From the NCBI GenBank assembly GCA_010015585.1, contig ML975154.1: DNA of 64,000 nt. The stretch is one strand, 5' to 3'. Made by a program: the position numbers and the translations under genes. The DNA comes from Eremomyces bilateralis CBS 781.70. Taxonomy: Eukaryota. Below, piece by piece: positions 11,109 through 22,925 of this stretch (positions are counted from its first letter, which is position 1; each line of letters begins with the position of its first letter). Below the pieces are notes generated by a model. That model ran no database searches and was not told the origin of the DNA. It saw only the letters and a program-made list of their open reading frames with translations.

Positions 11109-14100
11109 ATGATCTCCCCGATCAATCAGCGCGACTCACTGCCCAGCCAGCACCTTCTGCGGCTGCGTGCAGGATTTCTAGAAGATGTGAGTTGCTTTTT
11201 CCTGTTCCCTTGTTCGATGACTCGGGCAGATGCCGATGCGCAAGGGTCTTGGTTGGAGTGCCGCCGCCCACTTCGTGTCGCGGGATCGGTTCCCCGGCGC
11301 CAACTGGCACGGGTGGGCACTGCTAGCGATCAGCGAGTGATGGAGGATGTGTTTGGTGTCTGTACGCGTTTGGGAGATGTCGTTCTTTCGGGTTATTGTT
11401 GATCTGGATTTCTTGCGACGCTGCTGCGGATTGTTGGAGAGAGGTTTGCTGATCACCGGTTTGGGGTATAGGATACACAGGCCTCAATCGACGGGTGGCA
11501 GGTCGGTGCGGGTGTGAAGGAGAGTCGGGTCAATATAGAGGGAAGCAAGGTGAGGACAGATGCTGGCGGACGCGCATATGAAGAGACTGCGGGAACGGAG
11601 GTTTCAAGCATCGGCGCACATGTGAAGGGAAGAAATGAGCGGAGCGGCGACGATAACAACGCCGACAACGAGAATCAAACAACAACACGGAAGTCAAAGT
11701 CTTCCACCACAATCGCCGTCGAGCGCACGCCTGCGCAATCACAGATCGAGGTCTCTCAACCGAGCCATCAGATACCACAACCTCGTCGATCCGCGCCACG
11801 GAATTCCATCCCACCACATCTGAGGGCAACACTGTCTACACCAGCCATGGACAGACTCGCTGGTAAAGACGATGGGTCCTCAACATCGGATATGGGCAAG
11901 ATGGATGGGGATCCTCGGGTGCTCAAGTCGTTCCCAGCTACCTTGGACCAAGGAGGTCCCACGCAGGTGATGGATAGCCAGGTTTATAAGGACTACGCGG
12001 AGAACACGCGGTATGGCGGCGGCCACTCGGGGTTTAACATTAGTGGAGAGGATGTCGCAGCAGGTCTCGATGCCGGAGATGACGATGTCTTCGCAGGCTT
12101 GAGCCCTCATTCTGCCGACGATGACTTCGATCAGGATGCGCCTACATCTCTGAGAGGTGACTCCCCTTTCCATCCCACCTCCGATACGAACCTACAGACC
12201 TCCCCGCAACAGGATTCCCCAGAAAATCTACCCCGAGTGTCGCGGTCGTCCATCCTCGACGGGACCAAATCAGACGACCACTTCCTCCTCCCCAAAACTC
12301 CTCTCGTCCAACAAGGCAAGAAACGAAACCATGCCGGCGCCATCCTCCCCTCGTCGACCCCCAATAAGACCCCTCACTCCGAAAGCCTCGCGAAATTCTT
12401 CCCTGCCCCCGCGAACGGGTCCAATGTGGACTTCACCTTGTCCCAAGCGTTCGCCGGCACGCAAGCCATGTCGTCCCCATTTGCCGCCAAGGCCATCCGC
12501 AGCGATCCCATCGACCAACGTCCGAGCCCCCTGTTTCTCCAGGCCGAGCCCCCGAGTTCGACGCCGGTTCGTCCGCGTGGAGAGCCGTTGGATCACTATA
12601 CAAGCATGGAGGAGAGTCAGAAGACCCGGGAGCGGATACGACGAGAAATGGAGGAGCGGGGACGACCGACGTACCAGGACGAGGATGAGGAGTACCTCCG
12701 GAGCGATTCGCCCTCGGAGTTTGATAAAAGGAGGAAGCTCTCGGTCACCAAACCCTTCACTCGAGGTGCGGGGGGCTCACGGCAATTGAGGTTGAAGTCG
12801 CTCAATTTATCGAGCGAGCTCGTCACGCCTGTCAGACCTCCTATCCGGAAAGCACTGCCTGTGGGAAGCAGCAGTGTCCAGCAATTATCGGCCGCGCCAA
12901 GCGTATTCAAGCGAGGTCGCAGCCTTGGGGCACTGCAAGACATTGGCGAAGAAGACGACGAGGCAGAGGCGGTGGATGACACTCCGCGAATCGCGGACGA
13001 CGTGCAGGTTCCGATGACCAGCTCTCGCAATGATGCCCGGATCGGGGTTCAGAGCTCTCCAACCAATCGTCGCAGAGGAGGGCGGAGTCTGATTCTCGAA
13101 CCTCGTTCATCCGATCCTAAAGGAGATACCCAGAGGTCAGGACTTTTGGTGCAAGAACCTCAAGTTGTTCCCAACTCCCAGCCGGAACTCCCGCAGGAGG
13201 AGGATGCGATCATGGAAGAGGAAGAGGGAAGTCAGATTGCGGACGAGCCGGAAACGACTCCACGAAGCCAGGAGGAGGAAGCACCAATTGACGGGACACG
13301 CCAGGTGGTTACAAGCTCGCTCAAGCCGCCGCCTATGCAGGTCACATCGTCAATGGCACCGCCACCAGAGACCTCACAGGTCGGTAATCCACAACCGGAC
13401 GAGCCAATTCCTCTGTCACAGGTTCCAAGCAGTCCTCCGACCAAGTCTCTTCCCGCGATTCAGTTATCACAACCAAGAGAGTCCCAGATCGACAATGCTA
13501 TCCTCATTTCTAGCGGATCGAGCGACCTGCCGTCTTCCGACGATGAGGACGAGCAGCCGAAGAAAGGCGCGCAAAACGATGCAAGTCGAATGGCTACTAA
13601 GGCACGACCACGCGCCCTCACCTCTAAGAACTCGAACGCCGTCTCCGTGTCCAATACGAATAGCCTCTCAAACCAGCAATACCACACCGCTCCCACCCAA
13701 CTCACCTCCAGCTCCACTCGCTCCCACCCCTCCAAATCCAGCCTCAGCACCGCCCCACCAACCTCCAACAGCCAGCGCGTAACAACGCCCGTCCACTCCA
13801 CGACCGACCCGGACGATCCTAGCGGCTCGCAGAAAGAAAATCAACTGGGTGTCCCTGTGCCATCCGCGGTCCGCCGTCTGTCGGCCATCGCCGCCGACCC
13901 CAGCCCGAAGAGGTCGATCGCCAGCCAGGATCTGGAGATCGACCTGTTCAATGACGATGATCGCGAGCTGATGCGGCTGATGGGCGACGAGTCGGTGCCT
14001 GCGGTTGCGCCGAGGCAGGACAGCGCGAAAGGCATCGCGAAGGGGGGCGGGAAGAAGAAGAAGATTGTTCAACAGGAGGATGTGGATGGTGCAGGCCAAG

Positions 14101-16799
14101 ATGTCGCGACCACGGGGAATTTGCGAAAACGGCGGAAAGTGGGATTTGGCTCGCCGGAAAAGCCCACTCCGTCTTCAGATGAGGCGATGCGAGTGTCTCC
14201 TATTGCGGATGCTCAGAGGGAAGGAAATGCGGATGACGGGGTTCCGGTCGGAGCCACATGCAACGAGGCTAGGGCATCGACACCTATACGAGAGATAGCG
14301 ACACTTACAAAGACGACGCCCAAGGCAGCCGCAGCGGAGGAACCAGAGTGGACGTCTTCGAAGAAGCCACGCCTCGTCTCCTATGCCGGGAGGAGGCGAT
14401 TGACCCCGATATCCAAGCCCAAGAAGCCGGCTATTCTCCCGGCAGATGCCAGCGCAAGCGAAGAGGACCCCGAGGATCGAATTGAAATCCGACCGAGTGA
14501 AGAGATGGATATCTACTCGATCCAGAGTAGTCCTGAGTCGTCACTTCGGACAAGCAGGGTATCTGCACTCAAGGTTAAAAAGGTGGTGTCGAAACCTGGG
14601 AAGAAGAAGGCTGGGAAAGCGGTCGACAAGTTGAAGAAGAACAAAGTGGTGAGAAGTATGAAGCAAATGTCAGCTGGAAAGAAAGTTCCAGCCCAGGAAC
14701 TGGATGGGGACGTTGCGATGCAAGAGCCTGTCGATGAGGTAAACGATACCGAGGAGCGAACCGGAGTTGAGAGCGGCATTGCAAAGGATACTGGAAAGAA
14801 GACGAAGGCTAGGAAAGCAGTCGACAAGGTGAAGCAGAACAAAGCGGTAAAAAACACAAAGCGGAAGTCAGGAGAAAAGAAAGCTCCAGTCCATGAACCG
14901 GATGCGGATGTGGAAATGCAAGAGGCTGTCGATGAGATGGACGAGAACAAGGAACCAGTCCAAGGTCCGAACGGCATAATAGGGGGTATCGGCATGGAAG
15001 ACGCTCTGTCATTGGCTCTCACCGACCCTGACGTAGAGAGGACGAGTACAGGAGATCCTTCCGAACGTCCTTCTACGTCCCTCCACGACGAGGAGACAGG
15101 GCAACTTACGGATGATGGTATGTCCAGGAGAGACCCCTCTACTCCATCTACGTCAGCCGAAGAGCACGAACAGGAGAATTCTAGCTCGGATCGGAAGCTC
15201 TTTAAGAATCGAGTATTCGCGTTGTTCAAAGGCCCGTACATGGCGTACTACCCAGCCACTTGCATCGAAGCGCACGGAGCGGACAGCGATGAACTTACCA
15301 TTCGATTTGACGATGGTACGGTCGCCCGAGTTGAGTCACATCAAGTTCGACGCCTCGAGATCCAGAAAGGGGACATTGTCCGCGTCGATCTCCCGAAGAT
15401 GACCAAGCAATTCGTTGTAGTCGATCTTCACGACCAAATTTCGGTGGAATTGGAGCGGAATGTTCTCCCTACTAATCCCGATCAAAACCAATATATGACG
15501 GACGTCAATGGGTTCCAGAAGGTCCAGCTGGTCCCGAAATCGATAGAACCGAGGAAAGGCGATACCAAGTCGAGAGGCAGTTCTCGCTCGACAGATAAGA
15601 CCCCCCTCAGTGTTCCCATCAACAACATCTTCATCCACAAGATGTCCTGGCCGCTTCTTGACGACCGGACCTATGTCCACCTGCGCAATGTCGGATTTCC
15701 CAGTCAACCACCCCGATTACCTCTTGGAAGCTCAATCCTCAGCACCAATCGTTTCGCTTCCCCTGCACTCCCCGGAAGCACCTCCGGCTCCGTCACCCCG
15801 AACAATCGCAAGCGGGACCGTCTAGCCAGCACCACCAGCCTTCCAACACTCGTGAACGATCTTGTCCCCGCCCCGCCCCGCTATCCGAACGGCGTCTTCT
15901 CCAACATGGCATTCGCCGTCTCGCACGACGACGCCGAGAAAGCGCGACTCATCCACCTCATCGAACGCCACGGCGGCCGCATCCTCGACGAGAATTTCGA
16001 AGAACTCTTCGATGTGCCCTCCCCCGCGCACTTCCCTCCGCGCCCCAGCCAGCCCGGCGAGCCCGCCGACCCTGCCTCCAACTGCCTAACCATCCGCGCC
16101 TCGGCCGCTGGCCTTGGTTTCGTCGCCCTCATCGCCCACCAGTACTCCCGCCGTGTCAAATACATGCAGGCGCTCGCGCTGGGGCTGCCGTGTCTCTCCG
16201 GGCGGTGGATCCATGACTGCGCGGCGGGCGGGACGGTGGTGCCGTTTGCGCCGTATGTGCTCGCAGCGGGGAAGAGCGAGTGGCTCGGCGGGGTGGTGCG
16301 GAGCATGATGCTCGACCATCTCCACCAGCCCGCCCCGACCGGCTCCGTGAATCCGCGGCGATGGGACGACCCGGCGCCGATGATGCTAGCGGAGATGGTG
16401 GCGCAGCGGACGAGGCTGTTTGGGTCGCAACGCGTGCTGCTCGTCAAGGATGGGGGCGGGGGTGCGAGCGGGGGAGGGAGAGGCGCGAAGCGGAAGCCAG
16501 GGAGGGAGGGGCATTCGGACGTGACGCAGATGCCGTCGTTCCTGGCGTGGGCGATGGGCGCGGCGGGCGTGGGGGTGTGTAAGGAGGTGGAGTACGCGCG
16601 GAAGGCGATTGAAGCCGGTGGTTCGAATCCTGATGGGGAGGGGGTGGTGTGGGACTGGTTGTTTGTGGAGGACGCAAAAGGGCAGATGAAGAAGATGGTA
16701 TTTCAGGGGCTGGAGAAGGGGAGGAAGAGGCCGGCGGTTGTGAGAAAGGAGTTCGCGGTGCAGAGTTTGATACTTGGGCAGCTGGCGATCGAGGACTGA
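11109..16799 (+). CDS. RAD9: DNA-damage checkpoint mediator, Rad9/Crb2/53BP1-like (Tudor + BRCT)
   Basis: Proposed exon 1 11109-11186, phase-0 intron 11187-11471 (GTGAGT..GCTGAT..TAG), exon 2 11472-16799. Long SQ/TQ-rich disordered N-terminus; Tudor-like NRVFALFKGPYMAYYPATC...IRFDDG...LEIQKGDIVRVD; BRCT-like VFSNMAFAVS...IERHGGRIL...SRRVKYMQALALGLPCLSGRWIHDC; terminal EFAVQSLILGQL. The 5' structure is less certain. Confidence 0.88.
14595..14950 (+). repeat. Intragenic tandem duplication, period 198 bp (66 aa), in the Rad9-like CDS
   Basis: GKKKAGKAVDKLKKNKVV...ELDGDVAMQEPVDE versus GKKTKARKAVDKVKQNKAV...EPDADVEMQEAVDE; AAAGCRGTCGACAAG at 14616 and 14814. Confidence 0.85.
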
Positions 16800-17519
16800 G
16801 ACCTTGTCAAGGAGCGCCTCTGGGATCGGGCGTTATGCAGCGCTACGAGCGGCTCGGGGGATTTGGGCGAACGATGGGGATGCCTACAATGACAAGTAGC
16901 TTTTATGGCGTGTCTAGGGTCAATGGAACCAATACATATATATGTCTGATTGTGCCTCGTTCTGTGTCTCCGTCGACCTTGGTCCTCTCCGCGATGGCTA
17001 CATCCCATCCGAACATCTCACCAATTACGAATCACTGGATGAAAAGCAGTCAGATTAGCATTGGAAAAGAAAGTATTTACTAGGATTTCCTTGGTTGCAA
17101 TATTTTCATGAGAGTTTACTCCCTACTTCATTAGAAGTTAGGGGCATATGATATGATGCTCAACGTGCACACACAGGACCGGTAGGGGCAGAGGTGTAGG
17201 GCAATAAGGCTGACATGCTCCTCTTTGGCCAGGCCTTTTAGGTCCTTGATGCACGTCATCATCAGGTGCGCGTTCAGAGTTCACACTTCTCACTTCACAC
17301 TTCATAACTTATAGTCTGTCATAAACTAGCTAGTACTCGCATCAGTCATAGCAGCAGAGATAGAGAGCTTCAGCCACGTCCAGCTCACAGTAACCGAAGT
17401 CTCTTGCATCAGCGCACGAATCCACATATCTCCCCACTCACGCCACTCTTACGATCCAACCCGCAACGGCGACACACCTCACTCTCGATCAAGTTTGAAC
17501 ACTTTCCACAAACAAGTCA

Positions 17520-17982
17520 ATGGAACGACCCGGCGAAGAAACCAACATGATCAGCGCCGTCCTTCTCATCATCATCACCCTCTTCCGTAAGTCTGCAATT
17601 GATGTTCGCTAGGAGACGGAGATTGGATAGTTGGCTAACGACGGAATAGTCCCACCTGTGGGCGTCTTCATCGTCACAGGATGCGGAATGGACCTCTTCA
17701 TCAACATCGTGCTGACCTGCCTTGGGTACGTTTTCCATCCCGAAACCCAACCCCCTACACCATATTGCTCCCTGTCGAGGGAAGAAAAGGCTAACATGCT
17801 GCCTTGCGACCAACAGGTATTTCCCCGGCCACATACACGCGTACTATCTCGAATATGTCTACTACAAGCGACGCGAAGAGTCCTCGCGCGGATTCTATGA
17901 TAATAACCGGGCGCCGGCGATCTACAGCGACCGAGTGCAGACGGGAGGGCGGGGATACGGGACGATTGCGGCGCCGACTTGA
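17520..17982 (+). CDS. Pmp3/RCI2/SNA-family plasma-membrane proteolipid
   Basis: Exons 17520-17586, 17650-17725, 17817-17982 with GT/CTAAC/AG introns. Product ...ISAVLLIIITLFLPPVGVFIVTGCGMDLFINIVLTCLGYFPGHIHAYY... carries the family signature PPxGV..C..D..IN..LT.LG..PG.IHA. Confidence 0.9.
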
Positions 17983-18550
17983 GGGTCGGTCACTCGCCAT
18001 CAGTGGCATTCGGTTGAGATGCTGAAGGTTACGAAGGATGAGTATGGTTTACGAAATCAGTGGGGAATTCAGGTATTTGTAGATTAGGGATCGGTACTGA
18101 TCTGTCAGTGGACGTGGAGTTCGGTCGGTGGGATTAGGGTTGGGTTCATGGAATAATGAGATATCTGATGGGTTCTATCGCTTCAATTGGTTAATGAAAA
18201 CGCCATGAGGAGTCCCTGTTTGATCTGATGCTTCGTGTATGGATATTTCTAATTGTCGATTTCCATACATTCAGCTTTTCATGGATGACACTCAACCAGC
18301 TCACTCCCAAATCCCCATGGCCTCGGGCTGAGTCACCAACCAGTACCAAAACCGATGCTATTTGAACTAATATTTCAATGGGCCCAAGGGCCAAGCCCTC
18401 AATCAACAATGTGGCCGTCATTAAGATTCAATCCTAAGTGTCATATATCCTGCAGTAGTGAACTAGAGCCAAATCCTCCCCCTCTGGTTGTTGTTATGGT
18501 TGGGCGATGATGTAAACACTGAATGCACGTGACAACGCGCCAAGTGTTGC

Positions 18551-18894
18551 CAGGCTGGCTAATCGAGGCGTCGCGAGGGATGACTAAGCGCCTCGCCTGC
18601 CTCGACTCAATTACATACTAATCCGCCTCGCGAGGCCTGCGCGAACCATGGTTAAATATACCATCCGTAGTCCTGTATACTATATAGTGACCAATACCAC
18701 GGTGGCTAAGGTCATTGAATCCTATAGAGTCTGGGTCAGATCCAGAAAATACGGACTACGACGATGAAAGATTGGTAGCATACGACTAAACGGGACTAGC
18801 AACACGTGATACTGCGAAATGCGATGCCTTGATCGAGGAACGAGGCGAGGCGAGGCGATGCGCTCAATAAGCGTCGCCTCGATTAGCCAGCCTG
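18551..18894. mobile_element. Non-autonomous hAT-type DNA transposon (MITE), 344 bp
   Basis: TIR CAGGCTGGCTAATCGAGGCG at 18551-18570 with perfect reverse complement at 18875-18894 (24 bp with 1 mismatch); exact 8-bp TSD AGTGTTGC at 18543-18550 and 18895-18902; subterminal CGAGG/CCTCG repeats; no transposase ORF. Confidence 0.92.
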
Positions 18895-19000
18895 AGTGTT
18901 GCCTATAGTCGAATCACGTGATTTGAATTATATATGACTCCACCAATTATAACACTAAACTATATTCAGACTAGCCTCCATGGCCCATGCTCTTTCCTCC

Positions 19001-19053
19001 TATTTAAATATCTCCGCCCCCCATCTCTTCTCTCGTTCTTCTTCTTCTTCTTC
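19001..19053 (+). promoter_or_regulatory. TATA-like box and CT-rich tract upstream of U4 snRNA
   Basis: TATTTAAATA at 19001-19010 followed by a (CTT)n-rich pyrimidine tract ending at the predicted U4 5' end. Confidence 0.55.
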
Positions 19054-19182
19054 ATCCGAGTGCACGGGCATTACGCATAGCAGTGAAGATTCGTCTGAGC
19101 TTGCGTTTTTGCTAGTTGAAAACTACCTAGTTTGACCTCTCCAAGTGTGCCTTCGTGTCGCTTGGGAATTTTTGGCCTGTTT
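19054..19182 (+). ncRNA. U4: U4 spliceosomal snRNA
   Basis: 5' ATCCGAGTGCACGGG (U4/U6 stem II region); 5' stem-loop/k-turn ACGCATAGCAGTGAAGATTCGTCTGAGCTTGCGT, colinear with recalled yeast U4 and with compensatory changes (AGA-UUCG-UCU, AGC/GCU); stem I TTTGCTAGTT; 3' hairpin; Sm site AATTTTTGG at 19167-19175. Ends approximate. Confidence 0.9.
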
Positions 19183-19462
19183 GAAACCCATCAACTTCTT
19201 TTCATTGTTGCGAATCCGCCTTGTGTGGGACTGCAGGGAAGAGAGTGGGATCACACTAGCTATTTCTGTATGTGTATACTCGTGGACTTAGATATATTCA
19301 ATGAAGGACCGTTGGCTGAGACTTTTATATGCTTTGATACATCGCCTGCTTGTGTGACCTGTAGGATTGTCGTGACGTGGAGGAGGCCTTAATTGAGGTT
19401 AGAAGCTGCGGGGAGACGACCTCATCGGAGATTTCGCAAAACAACATCAACAAAAGATCAGG

Positions 19463-20699
19463 ATGTCTCGAACAGCACTGGTCACTGGAGGTTCGTCCAC
19501 TTTGATCGTCATGCCGTCACTCTGCTAAACATAGATGAAGCTTCCGGTCTCCTTGGTCGCGAGGTTTGCAAGGCGTTCGAGCGAGATGGCTGGAACGTTG
19601 TTGGGACGGCGCTCACTCGCGTCAACCCCCCATCAGTGATCAAGCTCGATATCCTGAACAGCGAAGAGATCGAGCAAGTGCTTGATGAAGTCAAGTACGT
19701 GTCTATTCCGCCTTGAATGATGGATCTCCACGTTGCTGACGCCTCCCTCCTCCAGACCTCACACCATCGTCCACTGTAAGCCACCCTACCCATCCATCAC
19801 CACCCATCCATCACCCCATCCATCACCCTCAGAATCCCCCACTCACACCCCTCCAGGCGCCGCCAACCGCTTTCCCGACCTCTGCTCTGCCGACCCCTCC
19901 GCCGCCACCGCCCTCAACGTCACCTCCAGCGGCACCCTCGCCGCCCACGCCTTCGCCCGCGCCATCCTCCTCCTCTACATCAGCACCGACTATGTCTTCC
20001 CCGGGCCCCCCGGCGCCGCCCCCTACTTCCCCGACTCCACCCCCGACCCCCCGAACACCTACGGCGCTACAAAGCTGGCTGGGGAACGCGCCGTGTTGGC
20101 CGCGACGGGCGGTGCGGCGGACGGCAACGCGCCGAGGGGCGTGGTCCTCCGCGTACCGTTGCTGTACGGGCATACGGAGTCCGACGACCGCTCGAAAGAC
20201 GGGGTGCACGCGCTGGTGGACGCGCTCTGGAAGTCGCAGGACCTCATTGATGCGCCGGCGGACGCGAAGATCAAGATGGACGACTACGCGCAGCGGCATC
20301 CAACGTGCACGGAGGACGTGGGGCGGGTGTGCGTGGAGCTCGCGCGAACCTACCTAGCAGACGACGCGGGAGCGAAGAAGTTGCCGCGGGTCGTGCAGTT
20401 TTCGGCGGAGGAGCGGATGACGAAGTGGGCGATGGTGGGGATGTTCGCGGAGATTTTGGGGTTAGAGACCGGGGGATTGGTAGCATGGGATCCGACAAAG
20501 GAGGAGGCAGAGGGGACGTCGACGAAGAGGCCGTATGATGTGAAGTTGGATACGGGGGCGCTGAGGGAGGTGGGGGTAGACGTGAGGTGTGTGGATTTTA
20601 GGGGATGGTGGTGAGTTTCGGTGTCTTTGCAACGTCGTGATAGGAGGATCGGCTAACATGGCGTCTAGGAGGAGAGAACTGCATGCTTTTAGGCATTAG
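19463..20699 (+). CDS. RmlD-family NAD(P)-binding extended SDR (dTDP-4-dehydrorhamnose reductase / MAT2B-like)
   Basis: Exons 19463-19490, 19541-19694, 19756-19775, 19857-20610, 20669-20699. Motifs LVTGASGLLGR, IVHCAANRFPD, YISTDYVFPG, catalytic YGATK, LRVPLLYG, KRPYDVKLD. Confidence 0.9.
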
Positions 20700-21074
20700 C
20701 TCCATTCGTAACGAGCCATATCTAAAATGAATATCAGGAATGGATTGGGAACATTTCTTCGCTGGCTTGACTAGAGCTGTAGATCATGAGTACCATCGCG
20801 ATAAGGCAAAGTGGACATTGCAACTCTGAACATCAATACAAATCAACCATGAGACAGCATATAAATTTAATCCTTTCAATGTTTGCTATATGAACACGGG
20901 GAGCATAATGACTACTTATCCAGCCTTGAGCGCAGCAAAGACCACACCCAAGGTTCGTCGAATCACTCCCGTAGGCGCTCTCGAAAGGTGGAAGTTCGAA
21001 CTACCTTCAACGGCACGCAGTGACCGGACATGAGGTTCTACTAAACCGCCTGAACATGATGTAAATCCCCCATT

Positions 21075-21076
<2 letters not shown>

Positions 21077-21114
<38 letters not shown>
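21077..21114. repeat. (CA)19 microsatellite
   Basis: Perfect dinucleotide run between two convergent genes. Confidence 0.97.
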
Positions 21115-21118
<4 letters not shown>

Positions 21119-21349
21119 ATGAAACCGGCTCCGGGCATGCATCGTTCGAAATGACCGTCAAAGTGACCAGCGATGGCCAGGCATGAGGTTCCGACTAGAA
21201 CTGCAGAGCTTGTAAATCTTCCATGTTATGAACCCGAATTGAATCGCAAAAAGTTTTCCACGTCCGTCGCCCAAGAACACCGTCGCTAGTGCAGGGGGTC
21301 ACCGACCATCTCGAATCCGCTGTGTTGGATGTGCCGGGCGCGGAGGTGC

Positions 21350-22925
21350 TCAGATCGCATGGCGGTGAGCGTTTCGGTGGTGGTGTAGCATCCGGGCGAT
21401 TCCCTTCTCCGCTTCCATGCGTTTCACGATGGGGTTGATGGTCTGGGTCTCGGTGACGGTGACATAGACCTCCTCGATCTCGACTTCGTAGACGGCGCCG
21501 GCGGAGGTAAAGGTGGTGGTCGCGACAATGTTGGCCCAGACCTTGGTGGAAGTGACCAGCGTGGTCGTGGTGGCCGGTGGTGGAGGAGGTGCGGGCTCGG
21601 ACTCCGCATTGACAAGAGCCACATTGGACGGTTGCGCCTCGCCGCCTGCAGGAAGTACAGCAGCATTCGGAGTCAGAGTGGATGCGGGAATCATCTCCCC
21701 GGGGAGGGCTGCCTTGGCGATCGTGATGACGTCCCCGCCGTTATCAGTGATCACAAGTTCGCCGGGAGTGTATCCTAAGCTCAAGGTCTGGGGTGGTGCC
21801 GTGGTAGATGCAGGGGGTGCTGTGCTGCCAGGAGGAGGGGCATAGCCGGGACCATCGTAGATCTGGACATTTCCCGGCATTTGATTGCCGGGTCGGAGAC
21901 AGTCTTCATCGCGAATCTCGGAGGGAAGATCGATCTTGCAGTTTTGCTCGGTCTCCTCGTCTTGGATGGTGAAGAGTGGGCAGGCTGACTGTTGACCGGA
22001 GGCATCCTTGCATTGGTCGATGGCACCTTGCAGGAAATCCGGTTCCCAACCACTGATAAGATCGCCGTGGAAACCGTTGCCTAAAAAAAAAGCGTTAAAC
22101 ACCAACAAAGCTATTTGACGAGTGCAACATACCAGTAGGATCACCGTTACCAATGACAAACCGGCCAGGGACACCATTGAAGGCGTTCGTGTTGAAGATG
22201 CTCTCGAACAGAATGGTGGGGATCCGGGTCTCGAACCCTTCCGGACATGTTCCGCCCTGGAGCAGACTGGAGAATGCAACATGAGACTGATCGGGGGATT
22301 CGGTGTCCTTGCCATTCCAGCAGGAGGGGAAGACGAGCTCCAGGCGAATGCCGTCCTTACAGTTTTCGTCCATGTAGTCCTTAGTAGGGAGGAAATGGCG
22401 GGAACCGAAGCGCTCCGCATCACGGTTGTAGTTCAAGCAATTGAAGCCTAGTGCCTTGCCTTCAAGTGATGACTGAGTCTGCTCTTCCGCAGTCCAGACT
22501 GATGTCTCGAGATCCGGGATTGGGCCGGTGAAGTTTCGTCGCCGCGTATCGCCAGAGATCATGCTAAATCCGCGAGGGAAAGCCTTGACGTTGTCGCCAA
22601 TCTGAATGTAGTAGACCAGCATACCACCGACTTGTGGTACCATCTCGATAGTTCCATTGGAATGTTCGAAGTAAATAGGCGGGAACCAGTATGCCGACAA
22701 ATCCTCCTTGACACTGCAAGACGTACACTCCGAAGCACGGAGATCATCGTAGCCACTTGAGAATCCGAAGTTGTTGCCCCCGTGGATGGCATGGGCATGA
22801 GACGCAGGCGTTCCTGGGTTAACTAGTGGGTCGATTCGGGCCACACCGCTGCGTCCATGGCATTCCAGTCGCCAGAACGCCGATACCGAGCCCGCGAGGG
22901 CGAACGAAAGCCAGGAGACCTTCAT
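21350..22925 (-). CDS. Secreted DUF1996-domain protein with Pro/Thr-rich linker and His-rich tail (~507 aa)
   Basis: Exons 22925-22133 and 22080-21350 (52-nt GTATGT..TAG intron). Signal peptide MKVSWLSFALAGSVSA; RIDPLVNPG..SHAHAIHGG, CTSC...DLSAYWFP, FPSCWNG, HVAF, CP, GDPTGNGFHGDLISGW. Confidence 0.9.

Noticed and set aside
11514..11516. GTG start given by the ORF track for the 1761-aa ORF
   Set aside because: Eukaryotic gene; an in-frame acceptor at 11471 and upstream ATG exon explain the start better.
16620..16631. GGTTCGAATCC tRNA T-loop-like motif
   Set aside because: Lies inside the Rad9 CDS (codons GSNP); no cloverleaf found.
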